DNA of 54,308 nt from the NCBI GenBank assembly GCA_002104905.1, contig MCFE01000602.1, positions 1 through 54,308 on the forward strand, in the 5' to 3' direction. A model generated the notes under the pieces. The model saw only the letters and a list, made by a program, of their open reading frames with translations, was not told the DNA's origin and did not search any database. A program made the translations under genes and the position numbers. Below are positions 36,313 through 49,560 of the stretch, piece after piece (position 1 is the stretch's first letter; each line of letters begins with the position of its first letter). This DNA comes from Basidiobolus meristosporus CBS 931.73 (Eukaryota; Fungi; Basidiobolomycota).

Positions 36313-37234
36313 CTTTATCTGGTTTGGGGGGGGGGTTCTGGTCAATGTAACTTGAGTGAAGTGAGGTTTCACGGTTGGCTTTTCTTGATTTATATGGTCA
36401 ACTTTGAATGCCACAATATCGAGTCAAGGAAAGAGTCACGACTCGAATTTCATTGGACGCCTGTAAATCGTATCTCCATCCAGCATGTAAATTCTGAATC
36501 CCATCATATATTTAGAATAGTGGACACGGTGCTTTCGACATGCTCCCTAAAAATTGGAAGGCAAGGAGCAAATCAAATCGAACACAAACGGTATAAAGAC
36601 TCAGATGATCTGTACTCGTGCCTTCCAAATAACAACACCCCATAGCCTAGAATGACGCAAGTTACTGATGATCCAGCGCATAAACTCCCTCATCAAAATT
36701 AGTGATATATGTGGAATGCATTCAACCCTGAGCTCATGCCCATTCACCCAACATTCGAGATACTTCCTTTTTCACACGTTCTAGGCCCAGGGAAGATACC
36801 TTTGTGCGCCACTCACACAACAACCTACGGCACACTGATCTAGGTATAAGAGGGATGTCACAGTGTATTCCATATTGGCGCTAACCATTTCCCCATCATT
36901 TAGGATCAGCAGCTCTAGTCTAATCAGCATGCTTGATCTGGATCAGGCGTTGCCAGTCAGATGAGTGGCATAGGAGGATGGGAATGGGTGGTTGAAATTG
37001 GATTCAAATCAGGACTCATCCGGATCAATGTTCGAAGAGATCTTATTTACAGAATGGCTATAATGAACAGAGGCCGTGCTACAACTACAATGAGTTGCAA
37101 ATAATCAATGGAGTGGACAAACCGGGGTGGTGGTAGTTAGCTAGTACGATGTGCGTGATGGGTAACTGGAATTAGCATGCGAATGTTGGGAATTAATGAT
37201 GGCCAGCACGCACGGAGGATTGGCTATGATCAGG

Positions 37235-40200
37235 TTAGGTATCCTCGTGGTTGGTCTTCCGTCTAGTAGTGGGTGTTTCTTGCACAACGCGCTTGGTAAA
37301 CGCCTCCGTTTTCTTGAACGCTTGGATTTCCTGTTCAACCTGGTCCCTCATTTCCATGGCCATGTTGTAAACCTCGGAATCAGTTTTGTTGTACATGAGC
37401 GCGTTTTGGAACATCAGTAATATGTCGCGATGAAACTCGTCGGTGGTTGTGATGACTCCCTCTCGGATCCGCTGTTTGATCGATTTCAGGTCCATCGGCC
37501 GCTTGATAACATCATAATATCCTGGGGCAGCTTGCTCTTTGATCGGGTGCATGAACACTGCGCCGAACCGATGATTCGCGATTTCTCTCCAAATCATGGA
37601 GATCAGCTTCTTCCAGCTCTTGTGCTTTTTGTCTTCAGTAGAGGGCGAGGACGCCTCTTTCTTCTCAAAGTAAGCCCCACTATCCGATGTTTCCGCGTCA
37701 GATACTTCGTATCCATCATTTTCATCCTCCGACTCATCTTTTTTACGCTTTCCTATACTGAATTTACGCCCTTGTCTCACTGGGGTGTTTTTGTTGGATT
37801 CATCGTCTTCAAGTTTGGCCTTCTTTTCCGTTGACCCATCTGAGGCCTCTTCAAGAGATTGCTTTTGATCTGATTCTCGAGCCCGTTTGCGGGAATTCTC
37901 AAAGGGCTTGTGTGGTGGCGGAGATATGGACTTGGCATCCTTTGCACTGGCGCTGGGGATCAAAGTAGTCTCTTCAGAAATCTCTTGCTTTATGTCGGGC
38001 TCACTCAAAATCGGATTCTCCTGAAGAGCTTCAATTTTTACTTGGGGATCATCTTGCACATTTCCCTCTGATTTGGGGCTCTCTTCCGGCTGAGGTGTAG
38101 GTGACTGACCGGGGAATGAATCGCCCACACACTTCTTCGAGCTTACTCCGGTATCAGGAAACTCCTTGTTGGAGGACGAGTTGGTGATGTGGTCATCAAT
38201 CATCTCAGTATCCATCTCCTTACAATTTTTATCTTCTGAGGGGGGGCGTTCAGTCGATTCAGGATGTGTATTCAATTCACCTATGTGGATTGGCTCTTCG
38301 GTTTTCTGTTGGTGTAGATATTCATCCAAATTGGTCGAATCCGATGTTGCTTCCGGTGAGTTGGTTCGGCCAGAATTATTCTTTACCTCTAACTCTGCAG
38401 CCCCGTCGGCTTCGTTGATGTCATGAGACTCGCCATTACTGCACTCGTGAATATCTCTATCTTCATTTGTCGAGTTGTCATGGTCAGGAGAAGGGGCACC
38501 CACATTGAATGCACTGTGCATTTCCTGTGCTTCGTCCCCTGGAGTCAGAGGGTCAACTGCAGTTACAGCTGGTGTATCCTCATTTTGGGCAGGATTGCCA
38601 CGAAGAGATGCAACAGGAAGATCCCCATTGTCAGCCATAGCATCTAACGGGCTAGGCGGTGTGCTCCGTTCATAGTCATTTGTGGAAATATTGGGAAATT
38701 CGTCTTGAGATTCTGACTGAGAGATGCCCTCATCCTCCATATCTTTGACTTCATTACTGCCGCCACTTGGATTGTTCACCGCCTCAAGAGATGAATCACC
38801 TTCGTGGCCCGGACGCTCCATATTAGCCGCATCAACTCCAGATTCGTCAGGATTACTGCATTCCGTTTCGGAAATTAGAGTTCTTTCTTCTGGCTGATAT
38901 ATGGGAGTGGTAATGACCCGGGATTCAATGGGATCTTCAGCTGGCGTCTCGTCCATCTCGAGTGCATGGTTGGATAAGTCCTCCTCATCGACTATATCTT
39001 TGGCGATACTAATAATTGGCGATGAACCGCTCGAGTTCTCTTCTACCTCATCAGCAATCGGGGGTTCTAGGTCAGTTTGACCGGAATCATCCTTTCCATC
39101 CTCTAAGGGATTATCGCTAGCTGCAGACTCTAAGGCACCTCGGGATCCTAAATTCTCGCCTTCGTTTAAGGATTCGTTCGACGATTTTGCTGTGGATGGT
39201 GAGTCTGGCAAGGATGGCATATCAGAAGCAATTTGTTGAGCCGATTCTATCTGATCCATCATTGGTAATTCGTCTGTTGACTCCTCAACTTCGTGAGTTT
39301 TGGACAGATCACTGATATGGCTTTCTCCTGATCTTTCTGTTGACAACGAAAAATGCTCATTCTTACCAGGCTCATGAAGCAGTGTACTGTCAAATGAATC
39401 CGTTGCAACTTCATTTTTAACCAAAGATTCAGACTTTGGGACAGTATCCATCCGGTTGATTGGAACACCATCGTTGGTGGAGGTGTTTTGGTCAATTGGA
39501 ATTCTGCTTTCGGTCAGTGTGATCTTCTCGTCAGAAGACACATCAGCCAAAGGTAAATCGGTCTCTCGGTCTAAGGAGGCACCAGTGGGTATACTTTCAG
39601 ATATTGACGTCTCGTTAGATGCTTGCGGGTGAGAACCGGCTAGTTTAGAATCCAATTGTGTGACTTGAGTGGATTGCCCTTTCGCGTCTGCAGGAGTCAC
39701 AATATTAGGCGCGTCGCAAGGGGTCAGAGTTCCTCCCAATGCCTGATTCAATTTCTCCATCTCGACTGGCTCGTCAACTTGGACAGTGGACATGTCAGCG
39801 GACCCGGGAGCATCATCAATCAACATCTGATCTGACGATTGTTCTTCACGTGTTTGTTTTTCGTGATCACCTTCCTGGTTGGTGCTGTCATGAATGGTAT
39901 CCAATTTGGTGTCGATGCTGCTCCCTTTTTCAACCGCCTTAATAACTGTGGCCTCTACATCCATATCCATGCTATCATTACCAACCAACTCCTCTGTTAC
40001 CGCATCTTCACCCATTTGGGGTCTAGCAGATTCGACATTTGCCTGTTCCTCTCTTGATGCCTTTTCAAGTTCATTGGATGTGTGCGTACCCTGAGCATTG
40101 GCCGAAGTGTCTAATGCTGAGCTTACGAATTCAGGTTTTGCATGATCGGCCTCCAGCTCTTCCACAAAAAATTTGTTTGATACTTTGGTAGCCTCTTCTG

Positions 40201-41335
40201 GTGGCACACTCGATTCGACGCTTTGATCCTGTACACCTGTACTACCATCTTGTGTAATATTAATTCGGGTCGAAATACTCGATTCCCTCACTGGCACCGC
40301 CTCGCTCACTCCTTCATCCATAGCAACATCCGTGTCATCTTCCAAGTCTGATGCTTTAACCGGTTTAAGAGAGCCAGGTTCTGATCCCGAGGAGGATTGC
40401 GTCTTTAATTCCTTTTCGTCTGGTTTATTTCCCACTTCGTCGGATGGGAAGGCTTTGTCGGTATCTAGCCCTTGTGAAGGCGTCGTAATAGAAGTAGTTT
40501 TCGTCACTTGGGGAGATACGGCGGCTTGAGGTGACTTATGGTTTGGCCCATCTGAAGAATGAACCTCTTGAACAATGGATGATGTAACCAGCGAATGATT
40601 TGGAGGCGCTGGGTGCTCGTTTTGACTGGGTTGCTGTGGAGTAGCACTAAGATTCCTATTGAATCCTTTGTATTTCTCCAATAACTTCCTATCCCATTTT
40701 CCTGTTTGAATCTCCTCAACCTCCTTTTTAAGAACACTGTATTGATTGGCATGAATTTCAGCTCATAGCGAAAGAAAGTAAGCACACTTACCGATACTTT
40801 TCCACGTCAACCTTGAGTGCAAGCTTAAGTTCTTGGATCCGCTCCATGTATAATTCTCTGGCCAGTTTTAACACGGGGGGCATCTCTATATTGACATCTA
40901 GGCTGCCATAAGAGTCTATAAAAGTAGATCCTTACAAAAGAGTTGCTGATTTACCTGGTGTCGTAAATGTAAGCTGTTTTCTGTTTGGGAAAATGTACCA
41001 CTTAGTTGCGATCAACGAAGGTAAGGCAATCCAAATCTTACCTTTTGTCCTCCAAGTCTTTTATGAGAGAGGCATATTGAAGAGCACAACTCTATTTGGA
41101 GTCAAAAACGTGAAAAATCAATGAGATGCAGACCTACTACATACAGGAAGAGAGAAAATACGGAATCCCACTTTACATTTTGGGTAAAGAAATCGTCAGA
41201 TCGGGTTGCCGAACGATGATGGTTCAACGTTCTCGCGATGGCCAACCAGTTGCCATCGCCATATTTATACACGGATTGGGCCAGCAATAGTTTCTCTAAA
41301 ACGGTCCAATTTGAATTTGCTTTTAAACCGTCCAT
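37235..41335 (-). CDS. BRD8: BRD8/Bdc1-like NuA4-associated bromodomain protein, multi-exon
   Basis: N-terminal SANT-like WTVLEKLLLAQSVYKYGDGNWLAIAR and C-terminal bromodomain WKKLISMIWREIANHRFGAVFMHPI...PGYYDVIKRPMDL...FQNALMYN both match BRD8 motifs. Confidence 0.88.
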
Positions 41336-42534
41336 GTACGCATTATTCGCCTTCGAAAATTGTACGAATACTATTCTTTGACCAAGTATTAAAGATACGT
41401 TTCTACTACCAAGAACTCGACGGCTTCTTTACAAAAGGTTTGGACAATAACAATACTCTGAAAATAATTTTCTGGATCCACGAAAAGTTTGCCAGGTATT
41501 TACGTGGTGACGTATTAAACGTGGATTCCGATTTAGATAACCCCTATTCAATAAATTGGGATTGTTGTTCATGAATCACAAAGCATGAAAAAAAAATTCA
41601 ATTTGAATGTCATATTAGGATGAATTGATTGGATACAAGCCGAATCTTCAATAAATGATGAATCTGTATATTCCGGAATGGAAAGGCTAGTCATCAAGTC
41701 ATACTCGCATTGTGTAGGATGTAGATGGATCTTTTCGTGACTTCAAGGCCATTCAAAGTGGAGATCGTGTTTTGAGGGATATCCCTCTATTCTTTTCAAT
41801 CCTGATACACCCAAATCCTCAGTACTCCAGTACGGGAAATTTGTGAAGAAATCAACAGTGAACTATAACAATCAGGAAGCTACCAAGGTGCCCTATTACT
41901 TGGTGAGATGGGCGGCGTAAATATAGTAGGGGCGTTTACGGGTCGGCTGCATGGTCTTCTGAATAAGCACTATCAAGAAAATTTATCGGGAGGCCAAACA
42001 ATAACAAGTATTCGCATGCCTGTTGATTCCACACTTGTATCAGAGATAATAGATATTCGATTATATATAAATGATCATGATATTTCCTTTTTCGATGATA
42101 AGCATCTCCATCTTCAATGAACACTTCTGCTGGTAGAGTTACCATGGACTCTATCAGCGGATGGTTACAGCCTGATATCCATTACTTACATTACTAAAAT
42201 CGATTAGATTGAGTGGCTGCGCTTCAGTAGATTTTTCAATACCCATTCTATGACCAACTTGAGTAGTGAGCATACGTATAAGACTGGCACTGATGGGATT
42301 TTGTGCAGACTTAATTTTCAGAGTAAATACAGAACATTGTTTATTTCTGTTGATTAACTACCAGTGATACGATGTGACAAATAGCTACTAAGAGTATTTG
42401 TGGCAGTTTGTTGATTTTTTCACGGTCTGAAAGCAAATCAAATCTACCATCAACCCAAGAGACCGGTTATTTGTTGCTTCATTGACCTCATCTCTCGTCG
42501 CTTCAAGCTCTGCTACAAGCAATACAAAGTAATC

Positions 42535-43888
42535 ATGAATTTCGCCGCTAATGTATCAAGTAATCCAGACAACCTGTTCCAGAGTGATCGGGAGCTAGCC
42601 ATAAGAGAGTACAGAGAGCTCAAGATGCAAAATAAAATTGGCTCACCAATAGATGTTAAGTCCAAGATCTTGTGCTTGTTGGTCCTAGACAGTGAGCATC
42701 TCATCATCGGGCAAGCTTCCCATGTAGCTCGCAAAGTGAACATCAAGGTAGTTCCGTGCTGTTTTCTAACCATATGAGCGACATACTCATTTATATTCTT
42801 ATCACCTGGTGCTCAACGAAAATATAGAGTGGAAAAACTATCAAAATTTATTCTGGACATACAGGCCCTGTGACTAGCGTGGCTTTGATACGTGATCATC
42901 AAAACGTACTTAGATTGGCCACTGGTTCTTGGGATAAATCTATCAAAATTTGGGATCTTGAAGTGAGTTGTATTTCTATGCTAAATAGAACGAATCCCCT
43001 AACCGAAGTTTCCATAGTCCAAGGAATGTATTCGTACATTGCAGGAGCACACCGATTTCGTAAAATCTCTTGTGTTCCATCCTAAAGGGTACTTGTTTTC
43101 TGGTTCTTCGGATGCCAGTATTCGAAAGTGGTCTCTTCTTGATTATTCCTGTGTAAAGCTTATGAAAGGGCATGGGCGCGGGATAGAGGATATGGCATTA
43201 ACTCTGGATGGAGAGTATCTGATAAGTGCTAGTTCCGATGTCAAAATCAAGAAATGGAACGTAGAAACCGGTGCCGAGATTCAAGAATTTAATGGGCATT
43301 TAACGTCGGTCTATGGGCTTTCGATTACCGAAGACGAAATTTGGTCAGGTATGGGTATATTTGTGTTGCGCCGAATGAGGGTTAGGCCTAACCACCCGCT
43401 GCTTCTTCTTAATAGTTTCTGGAGATAAAACTGCCCGCAGGTGGAGTCTTGACACTGGTAAGCAAGATACGACTTTGGAGCATCCTGACTTTGTGAAATG
43501 CGTAACGGTGGCCGGGTCATACGTGATTACTGGGTGCAGAGATGAGAACGTTCGTGTGTTCGACATCGGGGTAATATGAGTTGTAGTCATTTGGATCTCG
43601 CTCAGACTGATTAAATGGTCTTATTTGTTATATGTCTAGTCCGGAAAGTGCCTGAAAACCTTGGAAGGCCACTTCGATGAGGTTACTGGTTTGGCTGTGA
43701 TAGGTACAGATGTCTACTCTGGCTCCTTAGATGGAACAATTCGTAGCTGGAGCATAACCGCAAAGTCCCTTTCCGAACCCGCAGAGAAGGTGAACGTGGC
43801 CCCACCCAAGTTGAACAACAATTCTATAGGCTTGACTGAAGAGGAGGAGAGAGAACTGGCAGAATTAATGAGTGACGAAGATCTTTAA
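42535..43888 (+). CDS. WD40-repeat protein, multi-exon
   Basis: Repeated GH...WD/WS/WN units (GHTGPVTSVAL...ATGSWDKSIKIWD; EHTDFVKSL...SGSSDASIRKW; GHFDEVTGL...SGSLDGTIRSW) and an acidic C-terminal helix LTEEEERELAELM. Confidence 0.92.
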
Positions 43889-45725
43889 TTTGCACTCCTA
43901 GAAATGCCTCCAAGTCACTATTTAAAAATAAACATCTAATTATTAACGCTTAGTAACATGAGCCCACTGGCACTGCTGTACTATTCGTTGTGGTGGATAC
44001 TGATTTCTTGCAGCTTACCAAGCATAAAGGCCACATGCTCACGATCACATTATATGATCTGGCTACATCTGATTGAGAGCAAGACGATTCATCTGCATTT
44101 CCATATACTTCAACAACGTGGCAACTGAGAATCATTTCATATCAAGATTGCGTCCGATTCGGCGCTGGCAGCGTATTCGATCAAACAAACATCCCAATTC
44201 AGTTCCACAGTCCTTGCTGACTGACTGCAAAATTCTTGCATCGTAATTCTCATGATGGGGAGAATGGTGATAAGAAGCATACATATGTTCATGTGTTTTC
44301 CAACCCATCAGAAGTTCATAACAGCCATCCCATTTTTCTGCCAAGCTATGACAGTTTAGGTGTTGAGTAATCGTAGACTTTACTGACATTGTTAACCAGG
44401 ATAGTCTGTTATCTCATCATGCATATCTTCAGCTCTGACACTACTGATGAATCCCTCAGCCCCGCCATATTTCTGCGAAGCCTCAGTGGTTTGTAGATTT
44501 TGCGGGTGCCCACGGTAACATTACATGTTAAAATGATTTCCTTTTCATAATTATTTGTTGTATGCTTTTCAGTAGTTGGTTAAATATGCTTGTGTTGACT
44601 GTATCTCTAGGAGCGACTGTGAAATGTCATTGATTTCAAATAAAATGAAGCTGTTACTGTTCTAGACCAAGCTGCACTTCCTTAAAGCTAACCCGAGATA
44701 TCTGTGTTTGGGCCATGCTTGAGTGATAGCACCTCTAGTGGTGCCGATTATATCGTTTAGTGCCTAATAGATGATAAAGTCTATCCGGAGATGGCCATCT
44801 AATGAATGCGAGCCTTGGTATAACCATATTTTGAGTGATGCAGCGTTCTCTTTCCCAGCCACAACGAACAGATCTGCAAATCGAGTTAGTGGACAGAAAA
44901 GGCAATGGAATATGTATGTATATGACTGGTATTCTGATCACTGACCATTCTCATCATCGTTCACGTTGCTCCAATGAGATTTCCAATACGAGCTCAACGT
45001 TGTCGTCTCCATGTAGCGTTTGAGTTTGGTATGGCAGTTTCCAAGCAATTCGCAAATCAAATCTGTAACTCCTCAACGACTCGGGTCTGTTCTTGGGGAG
45101 TGACGGAGAGGTGGTTTAAGGAGGTTTTAATCATTCCTCATATACAGCAGATGCTACGATTTTGATGAAATATCGCATAAATCAGATTCATGCAAAAGTG
45201 AATCACAACTTAAACCTTGAAGATGATGTCGGATTTGAAACTCTGTTGATTGACTCGACATTTCATATCAGTAATCGGATACTATCTTGTCGAGATTGAC
45301 TGGGGAAGTTGGAATACGTGCTGCAGCAACGAGGTGTAGTGTGAGTGACGCCGTCGACCTATTGGCTCGCACCCAGTTTCATGTTTAATCTTTCTTGTAA
45401 ACATAGAGATTCGTAAAATAGCTAGCGACGATTGGCTACGTTACTGAGCTCTTCCAGTATGATTTCCAGACCAGTCGTTGCTTCCCCAGTTCTCTCTTGC
45501 AAGATCTCAAACAATAAACCAATAGATTCCCAACAGGCAATTTCCACGATACCACCTGCTAAACAGATCGAATGGCATAATGAAAAGTGCATTTGCTATT
45601 TCCCTGCTGGCACCACTGAAGTGACCTATCGTTGGCCACAGCGAATGGATGATGGATATATAAGTAAGCATTCACCACGGCCTCAATTGCTCACAATCGC
45701 TACACTTTGTCATCCTCCAGCACAG

Positions 45726-48700
45726 ATGTCGACCACTGCTGCTAAACAAATCGATACATCAAACAACTCCAACTCCATTAATACTTTTGCTTCATCTCTA
45801 TTCTTCAATGTCATTGTGTCCTCCACCATATTTGTTACCTATAATGTAGTTCGGCTTGTGAACAAGAACCTATACCAGCCGCGGACCTTTATGATGGGCC
45901 AAGAGTCGGTAGCACTTCCATGTGCCTTTAATATTCCGTCAGCTGTACTAATTTAATTTTTTAATAGCAAGCGTCCCCCATTGCTTACCAAATCCCCGCT
46001 AAAGTGGGTCATGACGGTGATCAAAACGCCTGATGAGCAACTACTGAAACGTATTGGAGTGGACGCGTATATGTTCCTAAGATACATACGACTCTGTCTT
46101 ATTCTGTTCGCACTGTTTAGCATACCCGGTTATCTCGTACTCATACCAGTCAATGCAATCAACCAAGAAGGACTTGACGGGCTCAACAAATTGACATTTG
46201 GAAACATCAGGGACCCGGAAAGGCTCTGGGTTCATTTGTTTTTCAACTATGTATTCACTGGTATATCTGGCTTTTCATAATCAGCACTTCAACTGTATTA
46301 ATTGTAATACAAACAGGCGTAACGTTGTACGCGGTGAATCGTGAGATGAGCAGGTTCATTTTATTCCGACAAAAATACTTGTTGAATAGGCAGCATCAGC
46401 TGGATCCAGTCGCGAATACGATCCTTGTGTCAGGCATTCCCGACGAGATCAACACTGAGGCGCAGCTCATGAAAATATTTGATCCTCTACCGGGAGGAGT
46501 AAAAAAGGTGTTTATTGTCAGGTAGGTGTGTATGTCGTTGTAAACGTCTGTTCTAGATGTCTAACGCTCAACGGCCCAATAGACGTGTTGACAATATCTC
46601 GAAGTTAGTGAGGCAGCGCAACAGGGTCATCTCCCAACTGGAGTTGGCCTTCGTACGGTATGGGGTAAGCAAACAGAAGTACCCGCATAAAGAAGTGCCC
46701 CGTCCGACCCATCGACCCCAGTGGTGGTGGCTGTTTGGAAAAAGAGTGGATTCAATTGATTACTGCTCCCAGAAACTGCACGATCTAAACATCAAAATCG
46801 CCGAGAAACAGAGCAATCCAGCAAACTATTCAAAGCAGGCATCTGCCTTCATCAGCTTCAATAACCAGTTGGCTGCACACATTGCGGCGCAGTCAGTTAC
46901 TTATCACTTACCTCTGGCAATGCAGACAAAATACGTAGATATGAAGCCAGAGGATGTGATCTGGGAGAATTTAGATATCATTCCAATCCAGCGGTTTATC
47001 CGACGCTTCCTCTCCTATGTGGCCTCCTTTTGCCTGATCTTGTTCTGGGTATTTCCTGGTAAAGCAGATAATCTGATAGGTATCGAAATAAGCAGAACAA
47101 CTAACTTTTGGTAGTGACGTTCATATCTTCCTTGGCATCGCTTAGTGCCCTTATACATATACTCCCTTTTCTGGGCTTCATGCAAAGCTGGTCTCCAGTG
47201 ATTATTGGAGTTATCCAAGGGATTCTTCCAGCAGTATTATTATCACTGTTAGTGGCGTTGCTCCCCATCATCTTTCGAGGTAAGGAAAGACAGAATATTG
47301 ACCCCGACCTCTATATAGCATTGACCCGCACTTACTACTCACAGCCCTATGCAAGCATGAAGGAACTATTAGGCGAAGTGATGTAGAGCAATCTGTGATG
47401 ACCAGGTTCTTCATATTTCTGGTAAGCACTCAGTGCGTTTTGTACCAATTTTATGCTTTGTCATTAATTCTTTCATGACAGCTGATCAACGTATTCTTGG
47501 TTACAACGTTCGCCTCTGGGATCTTCACAGCGTTAGGGGATCTGGTCAAAAATCCCATATCCTCTGTTACTATATTAGGGAGGAGTTTACCAAAAGTATC
47601 TACCTTCTTCGTTACCTATGTTCTCTTCCAAGCACTGGTGGGAGCTAGTCGTGAAATGTTACAAATCAATAGGTTACTCTACTACTACATCAGAGCCGTT
47701 TTGCAGTTTAGCACACCAAGGAAGATACTAAGCTTGAACAGATTAACCAAATTTCAATTTGGTACAACCTTCCCTGAACACACATTGATCTTTGTAATTG
47801 GTAAGAATATTGAGGTAACCTAACCTTTGTAAACTTCAATCCATTCTAACCCTTTCTTAGGCTTAACCTATTCTACTGTTGCACCCTTCATTCTATTTTT
47901 CGTAACAGTATACTTTCTCATCTACTACTTTGTGTACCATCATCAGTTCCAGTACGTCTATGACTCCGTTATACATCAAACTGGAGGATTGCTCTTTCCA
48001 AAGGCGATGGAACACATGGTAGTAGGCATTTATTTTTTTCAGCTGACATCTCTTGGCCTTATCATGGCCAAAGGAGGTGCGGTTCCTGCAGTAGGGATGG
48101 TGATATTAATACTCATCACTACTGGGATTGTTCGCCATGGAAAGCGAGTATACCTCCCTCTTTTGAAGTATCTGCCTGTCAATATATCTCAAAAGCCATC
48201 CCTCATTGGATTAGAGGCAGAGTTGACCATTCGTCGGGTTGGAAAGCAGGCTACATTTGGCTATTTCAATGAGCAAAGTCCATCGTCCACCTTCTGTGTG
48301 CTATCCCAGGGTGAGATAAATGACTGCCAGAACAGCTTTGAAACGAAAGAGGATACCGTGATCGATTGCTACCAAAAAGATATTTACAACTTATCCGATC
48401 TATCAACACAAGAGGATGCATTGCCTTTATCCAGACAAAGCCTACCTGAGACCATGATGTTCCTGCATCCTTTACTTCGAGACCCAATGCCAGTTATATG
48501 GTTACCTCAGGATGAGACCGGAGTATTTCAGGCAGAATCCAATAATTTAAAGCTCAATAATATACCCGCGACAACCGGTGGTGCCCATCTAACGTCCCAA
48601 GGAAATATTAAGCTCACACGTTGGAGTGACCCCACCCCAAAATATTGGCTTCCATCAGAATTGAAACACTATGGAATTGGGTCCGATGAAACACACGTTA

Positions 48701-48726
48701 CTCGTAATTCACAGCCCATGGTATAA
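45726..48726 (+). CDS. OSCA/TMEM63 (CSC1/PHM7/RSN1, DUF221) stress-gated cation channel, multi-exon
   Basis: LYQPRT, GVDAYMFLRY, VLIPVN, ANTILVSGIP, SAFISFN, PEDVIWENL, LPKVSTFFVTYV, YVYD...TGGLLFPKA and the PHM7-type C-terminus HPLLRDPMPVIWLPQD. Confidence 0.93.
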
Positions 48727-49560
48727 TCCTGGCTATAATGGCCTATAAATATCAATTTGTAACAAGTATGGTTGAGGTCTTGGATGTATCCACAATAGCG
48801 CCTCATAATTTATAGCTTATTTTGATCCGATCCACTCCTACACCGAAAATCATTTGTGCTACTTTACCAAAATAGTAAATACCACTGAACAATAAATCTT
48901 AATTCTAAATATAATACAGGAGGGTCTAAATCCTACTGTGACGAGTCAAAGCAGTAATATTGACCCCTTCGTATTATATGGCAAGTTGTATACAAGTATC
49001 ATATATGGTAAGAGACGTCGATAGAGTTCAGGGTGTGTCGCCTTAACCTAAGACCAAAGCACTAGATTTTGAGAGATGAAGGTGGCGAGTTTTGAAATGG
49101 CCCAAACACTCCGTAAATGTACAAGGGGCTGTTGAGTGGCGGGCCTCGGTATATACAATATAACTAAAGTATACTGGAAGTTCGGTTGATTTGCATTCGA
49201 CAATTCGAACAGATCTTGAGAACCGTGTCCTCAGCATTCCCATATAGCGGGGGATAGGCCTACAGCCGAAAACGTATGGCAGAAAGCCATTCCTACTATA
49301 TTGGGATATCTGAACCATCAAGAATATTGACAGGTATTTGGGCCTGCAACAACCAATTAGAGGCACCCACTTTGGGGTATGCCTCACAAGTACAGGGCTG
49401 GTTACCTGGTCTAGAGTATGAGTGTATCGCTAATATCAGTACACTTCAGTATGGTGACGTTACTATTCCAAACAACTATTTATTAGATCGAAAAATAATC
49501 AAGATGGATGGACATGCTCTGGATATGAAGCTCGTATAGCCTCTATACGCAGCCAAACTC

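Noticed and set aside
43950-45300. Gene or pseudogene fragments upstream of the OSCA gene
   Set aside because: One plausible spliced pair (about 45060-44765) lacks an open upstream exon or start, and stops occur in all frames.
49043-49539. Overlapping 87-aa (+) and 114-aa (-) ORFs between OSCA and the 5'-nucleotidase
   Set aside because: No recognisable motif, conflicting strands, and the length is within chance expectation.
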